Shown one piece after another: positions 17,938 to 27,493 of a stretch of DNA of 64,000 nucleotides. Each line of letters begins with the position of its first letter. Positions within the stretch are counted from its first letter, which is position 1. The notes beneath the pieces were generated by a model. The model was not told where the DNA came from and did not search any database. It was given only the letters and a program-made list of their open reading frames with translations. Source of the DNA: Sphingomonadales bacterium (GTDB lineage: Bacteria > Pseudomonadota > Alphaproteobacteria > Sphingomonadales > Sphingomonadaceae); contig JANMGR010000141.1 of assembly GCA_031374785.1 (NCBI GenBank), forward strand, positions 1,543-65,542, read 5' to 3'. Both the position numbers and the translations under genes were made by a program.

Positions 17938-18384
17938 ATGATTAAAGCTGAAATTCTACAACCGGTCGTCATTTTGGCGGCATGGACGATGGTGATGTGG
18001 CTGTGGATGTATGCCACACGCATTCCGGCGATGAACCGTGCTGGCATTGATGGCGTCAACATGACGGCGTCGACCGGCAAATCACTTCGCGACGATCTGA
18101 TTGCCAAGGGTGAGCATAAAGCGTCATGGATTGCCGATAATTACAACCACTTACATGAAGCACCTACGGTATTTTATGCAGTAGCACTTACCTTGGCCAT
18201 CATCGGTTGGGGCGATGGCATGAATGCGGACATCGCCTGGGCCTATGTGGGTCTGCGTATTGCGCACAGCTTGGTGCAGGCACTGTGGAACCGTGTGATT
18301 GTGCGCTTTGCGCTCTTCATTCTATCAACTTTGTGCCTAATCGCACTTACGCTGCACGCAGGCATGGCCGTATTCCACGGCTAA
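17938..18384 (+). CDS. MAPEG family membrane protein (tandem paralog)
   Basis: 148 aa, collinear similarity to 17500-17925. Confidence 0.7.
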   Translation: MIKAEILQPVVILAAWTMVMWLWMYATRIPAMNRAGIDGVNMTASTGKSLRDDLIAKGEHKASWIADNYNHLHEAPTVFYAVALTLAIIGWGDGMNADIAWAYVGLRIAHSLVQALWNRVIVRFALFILSTLCLIALTLHAGMAVFHG

Positions 18385-18390
18385 GCACAG

Positions 18391-19593
18391 CTATTGGCGG
18401 ATGAATTCGCCAACAAGCTCGACATGGGTTGACCAGCGGAACTGACCGACGGGCCAGATCCGCTGCAACCTGTAACCGCTGGAAATTAGCGTTTTGGCAT
18501 CGCGTGCAAAGCTCGCCGGGTTGCAGCTGACAAAGGCAATGACCGGAACCTTGGAGGCCGCCAATTGCGCCACTTGCACCTTTGCCCCTGCCCGTGGCGG
18601 ATCGAGGATCACGGCGGAAAAGCGGTTGAGTTCCTCCGATGACAATTCCCTGCGAAACAAATCCCGGTGTTCAGTGAAAATGTTCAGTCCAGTGCGGTTT
18701 GCCGCCGCCTGCAGCGCCAAAATCGCTTCTCTGTCAGCCTCAGCAGCATACACTTTCCGCCCGTTTGCTATCGACAGTGCAAATGTGCCGATGCCCGAAA
18801 ACAGGTCGGCAACTAGCGGAGCATCACCGATTACCGTTTGCACCGCCTCGATCAACGCGACTTCACCATCCACAGTCGCTTGCAAAAATCCATAAGGCTT
18901 ATAGCCGACAGCAACTCCGGTTAGCGTTACCGTTACCGGCTCTGGCTCCCAAAACGGCACCGGCCCATAGCCCTCATCCAGCGACAGCCGTGCCAAACCA
19001 TGTTCCTGCGCAAATTGCGACAGCGCCTCATGCTGCGACAGATCATTGGCGATCCAGTTTTCGATCAGCACATCGATCCCCTGATCCACACGCGCTAGTT
19101 TGATCTGCACATCGCGGCGTCGTTCAATCAACGGATTGAGAAATGCACGTAGCGGCGCAAGCAGAGCGTATAGCTCTGGCAGCATGACGTCACATTGCTG
19201 TAAGTCAATGATCCGATGGCTTTTTTCGGTGCTAAAGCCCAGTTGAAACTGCTTGCCCACCCATGCCGAACGCACCGCAGCACGCCGCCGCGTTGCGGGC
19301 GGGGAGATATGCGTGGGCATCACTTCGCTCGGTTCTATTTTTTGCGTGGAGAGCGCATGCAATATCCGGTCGCGGACGAAATCGGACAAGGTCGGCTCAT
19401 CAAGATGCTGTAGCTGACATCCCCCGCACAACGGAAAATGCTGACAGGGCGGATCAACGCGGTGCGGCCCTGGAATAAGGCCACCGGCGGGGTCCAAACG
19501 GTCGCCCGGTGCTGCAAAGGGTATATGGCGACCATCGGCAGTTACACCATCGCCGCGCGCGGCCACTCGAAGGATTAGGTCAGTATCACTCAC
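18391..19593 (-). CDS. class I SAM-dependent RNA (uracil-5) methyltransferase, RlmD/RumA-like
   Basis: Fe-S Cys cluster (CQHFPLCGGCQLQH), SAM motif (DLFSGIGTFAL) and a C-terminal catalytic region (VSCNPASFARD). Confidence 0.8.
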   Translation of the reverse strand: MSDTDLILRVAARGDGVTADGRHIPFAAPGDRLDPAGGLIPGPHRVDPPCQHFPLCGGCQLQHLDEPTLSDFVRDRILHALSTQKIEPSEVMPTHISPPATRRRAAVRSAWVGKQFQLGFSTEKSHRIIDLQQCDVMLPELYALLAPLRAFLNPLIERRRDVQIKLARVDQGIDVLIENWIANDLSQHEALSQFAQEHGLARLSLDEGYGPVPFWEPEPVTVTLTGVAVGYKPYGFLQATVDGEVALIEAVQTVIGDAPLVADLFSGIGTFALSIANGRKVYAAEADREAILALQAAANRTGLNIFTEHRDLFRRELSSEELNRFSAVILDPPRAGAKVQVAQLAASKVPVIAFVSCNPASFARDAKTLISSGYRLQRIWPVGQFRWSTHVELVGEFIRQ

Positions 19594-19629
19594 CGGTTCG
19601 CCTTGGCCTGTGACGGTGCTGCAATCAAC

Positions 19630-20037
19630 CTATTTGGTCGCTGCGCCCTTGATTGCGGCAGGTAGCCGGTATGTGTCATCCACCGAACGAACCTCAATCA
19701 TCCCATTGGCCAGCACTTTGATCTTGAAATCGGGATCAATGCCGTCAGCAGGCGCCAAGCCGCGACCGTCAGTCAAAATCTTGAACCGGCGAAAGCCGCC
19801 GTCTGGATGACGCACGACCAGCATTTGCCCCTCGGCTCCGCTGACGCGCTCGGTGGTGCAGTTGCGGTTGAAATCGGTGCTGCCCGCCAGCGCGCACTCA
19901 ATCTTACCCTCTGCTGCGGCATCTTGCGCCTGCTGATCTTCCGCTGCCTTCAGATCGGCGTTGGTGCTGTCACCACCGCACCCTGCGAGCAGTGCGCAGG
20001 CAAAAATGGCAAAATACTTAGATATCGGCGTAGACAT
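19630..20037 (-). CDS. hypothetical lipoprotein
   Basis: Internal Met start giving [22 protein letters not shown] (lipobox). The ORF-track N-terminal extension overlaps ilvD and is unlikely. Confidence 0.6.
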   Translation of the reverse strand: MSTPISKYFAIFACALLAGCGGDSTNADLKAAEDQQAQDAAAEGKIECALAGSTDFNRNCTTERVSGAEGQMLVVRHPDGGFRRFKILTDGRGLAPADGIDPDFKIKVLANGMIEVRSVDDTYRLPAAIKGAATK

Positions 20038-21739
20038 GGCGTTCTTCTTTGCCCCCGGGATGCGTAACTGCGCCCTTATAAGCAGGGCCGACATTCTGTG
20101 CATAGCGCCACAATGCGCCCGACCCATAATCGGACAGGCGGGGCTTCCATAGTTTACGGCGTTCCTCCAACACTTCAGGTGCAACATTCAGGTCGATTGT
20201 GCCCGCACCTGCGTCGATAGCAATCTCATCGCCTTCCTCAATCAGCGCGATGGGGCCACATTCGGCTGCTTCCGGCCCGACATGGCCGATGCAAAAGCCG
20301 CGCGTGGCGCCGGAAAAACGGCCGTCTGTAATCAGCGCAACCTTTTCACCCATGCCAAGTCCATAGAGCGCCGCTGTGGTCGAGAGCATTTCGCGCATGC
20401 CGGGGCCGCCTTTCGGTCCTTCATAGCGGATGACGACAACCGAGCCTTCCTTGATCTGCCGCGCTTCAACAGCGGCAAATGCATCTTCCTCGCAATCAAA
20501 AACCTGTGCTGGCCCAGTAAATTGCAGGCGGCTCATCCCCGCAACTTTCACAATAGCGCCATTGGGGGCGAGCGAACCACGAAGGCCGACAACGCCGCCT
20601 GTGGGGGTGATCGGCTTGTTGGCTGGGTAAATGACCTTCTGGTCGGGGTTCCAAGTGATTTCCTCTATGTTCTCCCCCAGCGTCTTGCCCGAAACGGTCA
20701 TGCAATCGCCGTGAAGCAAACCCTCAGTCAGCAACGATTTCATCAGCATATAAACGCCGCCCGCCTCGTACATATCCTTGGCAACATAATTACCACCGGG
20801 TTTCAAATCAGCCATATAAGGCGTTGTTTTAAATATCTCTGCTACGTCGAAAAGATCAAAATCAATCCCTGCCTCATGCGCCATCGCGGGCAAATGCAGC
20901 GCGCCATTGGTCGAGCCGCCCGTAGCCGCCACAACCCGCGCCGCATTTTCAAAGGCTTCGCGGGTGCAAATTTCACGCGGACGCAGGTTGCGCGCCAGCA
21001 ATTCCATCACCTGTACCCCTGCCGCATGTGCCACTTGATCGCGTGTCGTATAGGGTGCCGGCGCCATGTTCGAATTGGGCAGTGAAAGCCCGATGGCCTC
21101 GGCCACGCAGGCCATAGTGTTTGCGGTATATTGCCCGCCGCACGCGCCGTGCCCGGGACATGCGACCTTTTCCAGTTCATGCACCTCGGATAAAGGACAC
21201 GCGCCAGCTGCATATTTCCCAACAATTTCAAAAACATCAACGACTGTTACATCCTTGCCCTGGTAACGCCCCGGCAAAATTGACCCGCCATAGACAAAGA
21301 TTGAAGGCACATTCAGCCGCAGCATCGCCATCATTATCCCCGGCAACGATTTATCGCACCCGGCAAAGCCAACCAACGCATCATAGCAGTGGCCGCGAAC
21401 AGACAGCTCCACAGAATCCGCAATCACTTCGCGGCTAACCAAAGAGCTTTTCATGCCCTGATGCCCCATGGCGATGCCGTCTGTCACGGTGATTGTATTG
21501 AATCGGCGCGACAATCCGCCCGCTTCATCTACACCGCGGCGAGCAACATCGGCCTGATGGTCGAGCGTTGTGTTGCATGGCGCGCTGTCATTTCCCGCCG
21601 AAACCACTCCCACAAAAGGCCGGGCAATCTGCTCTTCAGTCAGTCCCATCGCGTAATAATAACTGCGGTGCGGTGCGCGTTCTGGCCCGACAGAAACATG
21701 GCGGCTTGGGAGTTTGGACTTATCGAAACTGTGGGTCAT
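20018..21739 (-). CDS. ilvD: dihydroxy-acid dehydratase
   Basis: 573 aa, with the IlvD/Edd signatures CDKSLPG and [12 protein letters not shown]-like ([14 protein letters not shown]). Confidence 0.95.
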   Translation of the reverse strand: MTHSFDKSKLPSRHVSVGPERAPHRSYYYAMGLTEEQIARPFVGVVSAGNDSAPCNTTLDHQADVARRGVDEAGGLSRRFNTITVTDGIAMGHQGMKSSLVSREVIADSVELSVRGHCYDALVGFAGCDKSLPGIMMAMLRLNVPSIFVYGGSILPGRYQGKDVTVVDVFEIVGKYAAGACPLSEVHELEKVACPGHGACGGQYTANTMACVAEAIGLSLPNSNMAPAPYTTRDQVAHAAGVQVMELLARNLRPREICTREAFENAARVVAATGGSTNGALHLPAMAHEAGIDFDLFDVAEIFKTTPYMADLKPGGNYVAKDMYEAGGVYMLMKSLLTEGLLHGDCMTVSGKTLGENIEEITWNPDQKVIYPANKPITPTGGVVGLRGSLAPNGAIVKVAGMSRLQFTGPAQVFDCEEDAFAAVEARQIKEGSVVVIRYEGPKGGPGMREMLSTTAALYGLGMGEKVALITDGRFSGATRGFCIGHVGPEAAECGPIALIEEGDEIAIDAGAGTIDLNVAPEVLEERRKLWKPRLSDYGSGALWRYAQNVGPAYKGAVTHPGGKEERHVYADI

Positions 21740-21769
21740 GTAATGGCTCGCTTTCGAGAGCGCCTCTAT

Positions 21770-22507
21770 TCACGAAGCGACCTCTGACGCAAGCTTTTCC
21801 GCAATATATTGCGCCATTTCGGCCAATAATGCAGCATATCTTTCTTGTCCCGCCGCGTCGCTGATCAAATCTTGCCGGATTTCGACGCCGACATAGGGGA
21901 TTTCGTTCGCCTCTGCGTGCCGGTTCATCGTCGCATTTAGCTGTTTGCCTGAATAGGGAAGCTGGTCGCCCACGATTAAGCCTTCGCCCTCAAGATAATC
22001 GATGGCGATCAAAGAGGCAGCTTCATGCGTGTTATACAAGATTCCAATTTCCCAAGGGCGTTCGGCAAGCGGGTCAGTTTCGAGACGAGGTGTGAAGCTG
22101 TGAATCGAAAGGATAAGTGCGGGGCGCATGCTGTGGACCAGCGATGCCAAGCCGTCGTGATACGGTGTGAAATAGCGTTGTAGCCGCGCCTGCCGCCCTT
22201 CCTCGTTAAGGCAATTCCCCAAAATTTCGATACCGTCGCTTTTGACCGGAATGGCGCTTGCGTCGTCTGGATAGCGATTAAGGTCGGCAACAAGGCGTGA
22301 ATGCGTCGCCAAAAAAGCGGTGCAACCCGATAATGTTACTAGAAAACGGGCGACACCCTCTACACCGATGTCGTAGGCGATATGTTTGGTCAGCAGCGCG
22401 GGATCGATACGCATATCGATTTGGTCAGGCACATGGTTAGACGCATGGTCACAGACCACCAATATTCCACCACATTTGGGCTCACCCAGAATATTGAACA
22501 TTGTCAT
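21770..22507 (-). CDS. N-formylglutamate amidohydrolase family protein
   Basis: VVCDHASNHVP, DLNRYP and SIHSFTP motifs are present. The start ATG at 22507 forms ATGA with the ispE stop. Confidence 0.78.
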   Translation of the reverse strand: MTMFNILGEPKCGGILVVCDHASNHVPDQIDMRIDPALLTKHIAYDIGVEGVARFLVTLSGCTAFLATHSRLVADLNRYPDDASAIPVKSDGIEILGNCLNEEGRQARLQRYFTPYHDGLASLVHSMRPALILSIHSFTPRLETDPLAERPWEIGILYNTHEAASLIAIDYLEGEGLIVGDQLPYSGKQLNATMNRHAEANEIPYVGVEIRQDLISDAAGQERYAALLAEMAQYIAEKLASEVAS

Positions 22508-23343
22508 GCCGTTAAATTCCCTGCCCGCACCCACCAATGGGGATGCAATATGGCAATCTCTGCACAGGCCTTGCTGGCATTTTCAGCATTATCATAAAGC
22601 GCAAAGCATGTCCCGCCTGAACCCGACATGCGGGCAACCAGCGGATTGGTGCCATTCAGCACCGACAGGATGGTCGCAATTTCAGGACATAGAGCAATGG
22701 CTGCTTCCTGCAAATCGTTGCGGCCGGACAACGCCATCTCCAGCGCTGTTCCAGCAGGCAAACCGCCGCGGTCAACAGCATCCCATGCCTTGAACACCGG
22801 GCCTGTCGGCACAGCGATATTGGGGTTGACAAGGACTGCAAGTATCGAGGCTAAACTACGGTCCTCAACAAGCTCAATCTGTTCACCAATTCCGCGCATA
22901 ATCAACGGCGTGCTGAACAGGCAGGCCGGAACATCTGCTCCGAGATATTTGGCAGTTAGCGCATAATCCGAAGGGCCAAAGGGAAAACCCAAATATTGCA
23001 AAATGCGCAGCATTGCGGCGGCATCGGCGGAACCACCGCCAAGCCCGGCCGCGACCGGCAAATTTTTTGTCAATCGGATTTCCAAGGGACCGAATACATT
23101 AGCATATTCGCGGGCAAATTGAACGGCCTTTACCACTAGATTATTGTCGATATCCCCTGTTAGTTCCGCGTAATCGCCTGCAATGTCGAAACTATCTTCG
23201 GCTGCCCATTTCGCCTCCAGAACGTCGCCATAGTCCAAAAAGGCGACCAGCGATTCTAGCGCATGATAGCCATCATCGCGCCGTTTGCGCACATGCAGCG
23301 CCAAGTTGATTTTGGCATAAGCAGTTTCGAATTTTGGAGCCAT
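22504..23343 (-). CDS. ispE: 4-(cytidine 5'-diphospho)-2-C-methyl-D-erythritol kinase
   Basis: AKINLALHV start region and GHMP kinase motif (PVAAGLGGGSADAAA). The start at 23343 shares 1 nt with the upstream stop. Confidence 0.9.
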   Translation of the reverse strand: MAPKFETAYAKINLALHVRKRRDDGYHALESLVAFLDYGDVLEAKWAAEDSFDIAGDYAELTGDIDNNLVVKAVQFAREYANVFGPLEIRLTKNLPVAAGLGGGSADAAAMLRILQYLGFPFGPSDYALTAKYLGADVPACLFSTPLIMRGIGEQIELVEDRSLASILAVLVNPNIAVPTGPVFKAWDAVDRGGLPAGTALEMALSGRNDLQEAAIALCPEIATILSVLNGTNPLVARMSGSGGTCFALYDNAENASKACAEIAILHPHWWVRAGNLTA

Positions 23344-24992
23344 CAGGGTGCACTGGTCGCGTCGGTCCAGCCAATATCGGCCTTCGCCGCGATCCGCTTT
23401 GCCGTCTCTCCCTCTGCCTGCAATAAGGCCGCACGCCATGCGTATCGGGCGTCAACGCTGCGCCCCGCCTGCCAGTACGCATCGCCAAGGTGTTCGTTGA
23501 TGGTCACATCGTTGATAGCGCCTGTGACGGCCTGTTCCAGCAACGGAATTGCTTTAGAATAATCGCCATTCAGATAATGTCCCCACCCTAGGGAATCGGT
23601 GATAGCTGGCGATTGCGGAGCAAGGCGCTGTGCCGTCGCCACTAGCTCAAGACCGCGTTTTCTATCTTCACGACTCTCAAGAAGTCCGTATCCTAACATA
23701 TTTAGAATTTGTGCATTTTCTCTGTTCAGCAACAAGGCTTCTTCGAGAACTGACTTGGCTGCGGGCCAATCGCCTTGCGCATCAAGCGATTGGGCTAGCA
23801 ACAAACGAAAGGTTAGGCTGCGTCCATTTTTGGCGCCTGCAGCATCGGCGTTTGAGACAAGTTTTCGGTAAAGCGCCGTTGCGCCTACCATATCTTTTTT
23901 TGCCTCCAGCTGTTGCGCCTCAAGGAGTATCAAATCGGCTGCATCCGGGCGGCTCGCACGCGCCGTTTGGATGAGTTGTAGCGCGTCACTCTGCTTGCCC
24001 TCGTCCAACAAAATCCGCGCTTTATTGCCCAACGCCCAGCTCCATTGCGGGCTGGTTTCAGCCACATCCTTTAACAAAAGCGTTGCTTGCGCAGTCATGC
24101 CGCGCTTTGCCAGCCTGTTGGACAGCGTCATACGGCCAAAAGCACTGTCCGGCGCAACCCAATGGGCAAGCCTTGCGAAATAGAGCGACTGATCGCTGAT
24201 ACCTTGTTCATCAAGCTGATCTGACAATCGGGAAAAGAACGCCGAAAGCGCTTGCCCTGCGGGAAAGGCACTAGGTTTCCCAGGAAAACTATTCGGTTGC
24301 GTTCCAATATGATGCAGCAAAGAGTTGGCATATTCCGCTTCACCATTGCGTCCCAGATACTCGGCAGCTGTCATCGCCATATGCCGCGCGTAATCGTCAC
24401 TAAATCCGGGGAAGCTGCTCAACCGCCGCTGTGCGCCATTGATGTTTTTATTCGCCAAATCCAAGAATATCAGCTGGTCATAGCTGTAATAGGTCAGCAA
24501 CCCACTTTCGCGTAAAGCAACGTTGGAGATTGTCCCTGTTTTGCCGTTTGCAACGTCGATCCAGGCATTCAGAATGGGCGTAACAAACCCAAAAACGTTG
24601 CCCTCATCCATCCAGATAGACGCTTTTTTCGCCGCTGCCGAATCCTTGCGCCGCCACGCATCGACAAAGAAGATCAGCGGAAGCGCACCGTCTCCGCTGT
24701 TTGCCAGCTGTTGCGCGCGCGCCGCTTTCAGAGCGCTGGGCAGATCGCCATGCGTAATCGCAATATCAAACAACCGGTCAACGGCGACCGCACTTTCGGG
24801 TAGTTTACCGAGCAGCTGGTTATAGCTTTTCAGCGCCGCGTCCGATTGCCCGGTTAATTCGGCGCGCTGCGCTTTCCAGAATAGGTCGGCCTCGCCCAAC
24901 TGAGCCTCAGTTTTGGCGCTAACCGGGCTCGACACACCGATTAAAGCCGCAACGCAAAGGCTACATATTCGGATAATTCGGGCCACCGCCAC
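23343..24992 (-). CDS. tetratricopeptide-repeat protein, secreted
   Basis: Signal-like N-terminus (ICSLCVAALIGVSSPVSA) and repeated TPR-like helices through 549 aa. Confidence 0.72.
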   Translation of the reverse strand: MAVARIIRICSLCVAALIGVSSPVSAKTEAQLGEADLFWKAQRAELTGQSDAALKSYNQLLGKLPESAVAVDRLFDIAITHGDLPSALKAARAQQLANSGDGALPLIFFVDAWRRKDSAAAKKASIWMDEGNVFGFVTPILNAWIDVANGKTGTISNVALRESGLLTYYSYDQLIFLDLANKNINGAQRRLSSFPGFSDDYARHMAMTAAEYLGRNGEAEYANSLLHHIGTQPNSFPGKPSAFPAGQALSAFFSRLSDQLDEQGISDQSLYFARLAHWVAPDSAFGRMTLSNRLAKRGMTAQATLLLKDVAETSPQWSWALGNKARILLDEGKQSDALQLIQTARASRPDAADLILLEAQQLEAKKDMVGATALYRKLVSNADAAGAKNGRSLTFRLLLAQSLDAQGDWPAAKSVLEEALLLNRENAQILNMLGYGLLESREDRKRGLELVATAQRLAPQSPAITDSLGWGHYLNGDYSKAIPLLEQAVTGAINDVTINEHLGDAYWQAGRSVDARYAWRAALLQAEGETAKRIAAKADIGWTDATSAP

Positions 24993-26607
24993 CCTCCGGC
25001 GTTACCCAGTTAATATTCTGGTTCGGGTCTTTTATATCGCAAGTCTTGCAATGCACGCAATTCTGAGAATTAATCTGGTATCGCGGTTCGCCGCCCGCGT
25101 CCTCCAGCCATTCGTAAACACCGGCAGGGCAATAGCGCGTCGACGGCCCGGCAAACTCGGCCAGTTCGCTTGCCTTTTGCAACTCTATATCTTTCACTTG
25201 CAAATGGCATGGCTGATCCTCTGCGTGATTTGTGTTTGAAAGGAACACTGATGAAAGCCTGTCGAAACTTAACACGCCGTCGGGTTTGGGATAATTGATC
25301 GGCTGATACAGGTCTTTGCGTTGCAGTTTTTCCGAATCCGGTTTGTGCTTCATCGTGAACGGCATTTTAAGCCCCAGATATTCTAGCCACAGATTGATAC
25401 CCGCAATGGGCGTGCCATATACCCCGCCGAATTTCGAAATGATTGGTTCAAAGTTACGCACCATCTTTAGCTCTTTATGGACCCAGCTAGCATTATAACC
25501 CTCTGTGTAAGCCGAAAGCTCGTCATGTTCGCGGCCATCGGCCAGAGCAGCTGCAGCAGCCTCGGCAGCCATCATGCCCGATTTCATCGCGGTATGACTG
25601 CCTTTAATCCTCGGCACGTTCAGAAAGCCTGCTGTGCAGCCTATCAAACCGCCACCGGGGAAAACAAGCTTTGGTAGCGACTGAAAGCCGCCATCGCATA
25701 TTGCGCGCGCGCCATAGGAAACGCGCTTTCCACCCTGCAGGATTTTGGCAATCTCGGGATGCGTTTTCCATTGCTGAAACGCCTCGAACGGCGAGAGATA
25801 GGGGTTGGCATAACCCAGCCAAACGACATAGCCCAGGGACACTTGCCCGTTTGCCTGATGGTAAAGGAACCCGCCACCGAAGCCGTCATCGTCCTTGATC
25901 GGCCAGCCTTGCGTGTGGATTACTCGACCCGCGGAGTGGTTTTCTGCTGGAATGTCCCACAGCTCTTTCAGACCAAGGCCGTAAACCTGTGGCTCCGCAT
26001 CGGCCTCCAAATCAAATTTCGCTTTGACCTGCTTGGTCAGATGGCCGCGCGCGCCTTCGGCAAAGAGGGTGTATTTTGCGTGTAGTTCCATACCGGGTTG
26101 GTAATCGCCTCTGCGACTCCCATCATGCGAAATGCCCATATCGCCAGTGGCGACGCCCTTAACCGAGCCATCGGCGTTATAAAGTACTTCAGCAGCCGGA
26201 AAGCCGGGGAATATTTCCACACCAAGATTTTCAGCCTGTCCAGCCAGCCAACGACAGAGGTTGGCAAGGCTTCCGGTATAGGTACCTTTGTTATTCATGA
26301 ACGGCGGTGCGGCGATGTGTGGGACCGACCATTTGCGTTTTGCAGTCAAAACCCAATGCTGGTTATCTGTTACCGGAACTTCGGCCATGGGGCAGCCTTG
26401 TTCTTTCCAATCGGGAATCAACTCGTCGATGGCTTTGGGATCGAACACCGCGCCGGACAAAATATGCGCGCCGATTTCAGACCCTTTTTCAAGGATGCAG
26501 ACCGAGATTTCAGGATTGATCTGTTTCAACCGGATTGCCGCAGAAAGCCCCGCTGGCCCACCACCGACGATGACTACGTCATACGGCATCGATTCCCGTT
26601 CACTCAT
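24961..26607 (-). CDS. electron-transfer flavoprotein:ubiquinone oxidoreductase
   Basis: FAD motif (VVIVGGGPAGLSAA) and a C-terminal 4Fe-4S region (CPAGVYE...NCVHCKTCDIKDP), 548 aa. Confidence 0.95.
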   Translation of the reverse strand: MSERESMPYDVVIVGGGPAGLSAAIRLKQINPEISVCILEKGSEIGAHILSGAVFDPKAIDELIPDWKEQGCPMAEVPVTDNQHWVLTAKRKWSVPHIAAPPFMNNKGTYTGSLANLCRWLAGQAENLGVEIFPGFPAAEVLYNADGSVKGVATGDMGISHDGSRRGDYQPGMELHAKYTLFAEGARGHLTKQVKAKFDLEADAEPQVYGLGLKELWDIPAENHSAGRVIHTQGWPIKDDDGFGGGFLYHQANGQVSLGYVVWLGYANPYLSPFEAFQQWKTHPEIAKILQGGKRVSYGARAICDGGFQSLPKLVFPGGGLIGCTAGFLNVPRIKGSHTAMKSGMMAAEAAAAALADGREHDELSAYTEGYNASWVHKELKMVRNFEPIISKFGGVYGTPIAGINLWLEYLGLKMPFTMKHKPDSEKLQRKDLYQPINYPKPDGVLSFDRLSSVFLSNTNHAEDQPCHLQVKDIELQKASELAEFAGPSTRYCPAGVYEWLEDAGGEPRYQINSQNCVHCKTCDIKDPNQNINWVTPEGGGGPNYPNM

Positions 26608-26722
26608 GCCTTACGGTCCTTTTTACTGCGGCCATTCGGGCCGTCCTAGATTCCATGCAACTGATGGATTCTGCCATGCCAAGCAATTGACCTTCTCGTC
26701 AACCGGTGACTGATGACCCGCA

Positions 26723-27493
26723 ATGCTTTCGTCACAAGATTATCAAAACAACATAGCTAAATCTGCTCTCGCTTGGTGGCGCGATGCGGGCGTGGATTAT
26801 GTGTGTGACGGCAAGGCGATGAATTGGCTTGCGCCTGTTGTTGTTGCGCCGATACGTGAGGATGTTCCCAAACCGGTTGAGCAATCGCGCCGCGAGGCTG
26901 TTGCGCCTATAATCGCGCCGATCGCAAAGCCTGCGGAATGGCCTACGGACCTCTCGGGTTTGAAAGCAGCCATTGCAGCTGGCGCAGCGCTTCCCGGATG
27001 TGGATATGGGTCGCGGACAATTGCACCGACGGGTGAAGTCGGTGCAGTCGCAATGGTTATTGGCGACATTCCCGAACAAGACGATCTCGCATTGGGCATT
27101 TATGGTTCCAGCGCGGTTGGACGATTGACTGAGAGCATCCTACTCGCCGCGCAAGTTTTGCCCGATTTTGTTTACAGAACCGCCCTAGCGCATAGCGTTC
27201 CGGCGGCGGCATTATTGCCTAAAGATGATCTTCCGGAGCTTGCGGCCTTTTTGCGGCATCAGATTACGTTGGTGCAGCCGAAAATCATCATCCTGTTCGG
27301 TTCGGCAGCGTGCGAGGCCATGTTGTCGCAAGACCTGATGAAAGCGCGTGGGAATTTACAGTATATTAACCAAGATGACCGAAAAACGGCAGCAATAGCA
27401 ACCTTTCATCCGCGGACCTTAATGGCGCAGCCTCAATTAAAGGCGCAAGCTTGGAAAGATTTGCAGATGCTGGCCAGGAAAGACTATTTGTGA
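26723..27493 (+). CDS. uracil-DNA glycosylase superfamily protein (family 4-like) with N-terminal extension
   Basis: The C-terminal half has a UDG-like layout (VIGDIPEQDD, ILFGSAA, ATFHP). The N-terminal ~100 aa are Pro/Ala-rich. Confidence 0.65.
   Translation: MLSSQDYQNNIAKSALAWWRDAGVDYVCDGKAMNWLAPVVVAPIREDVPKPVEQSRREAVAPIIAPIAKPAEWPTDLSGLKAAIAAGAALPGCGYGSRTIAPTGEVGAVAMVIGDIPEQDDLALGIYGSSAVGRLTESILLAAQVLPDFVYRTALAHSVPAAALLPKDDLPELAAFLRHQITLVQPKIIILFGSAACEAMLSQDLMKARGNLQYINQDDRKTAAIATFHPRTLMAQPQLKAQAWKDLQMLARKDYL

Noticed and set aside
20282-21085. 267-aa plus-strand ORF. The 247-aa ORF at 11424-12167 and the 199-aa ORF at 46146-46745 (both minus strand) belong to the same category.
   Set aside because: All lie antisense to well-supported genes (ilvD, carboxyspermidine dehydrogenase, ppiD/trpE) and have no recognisable features.
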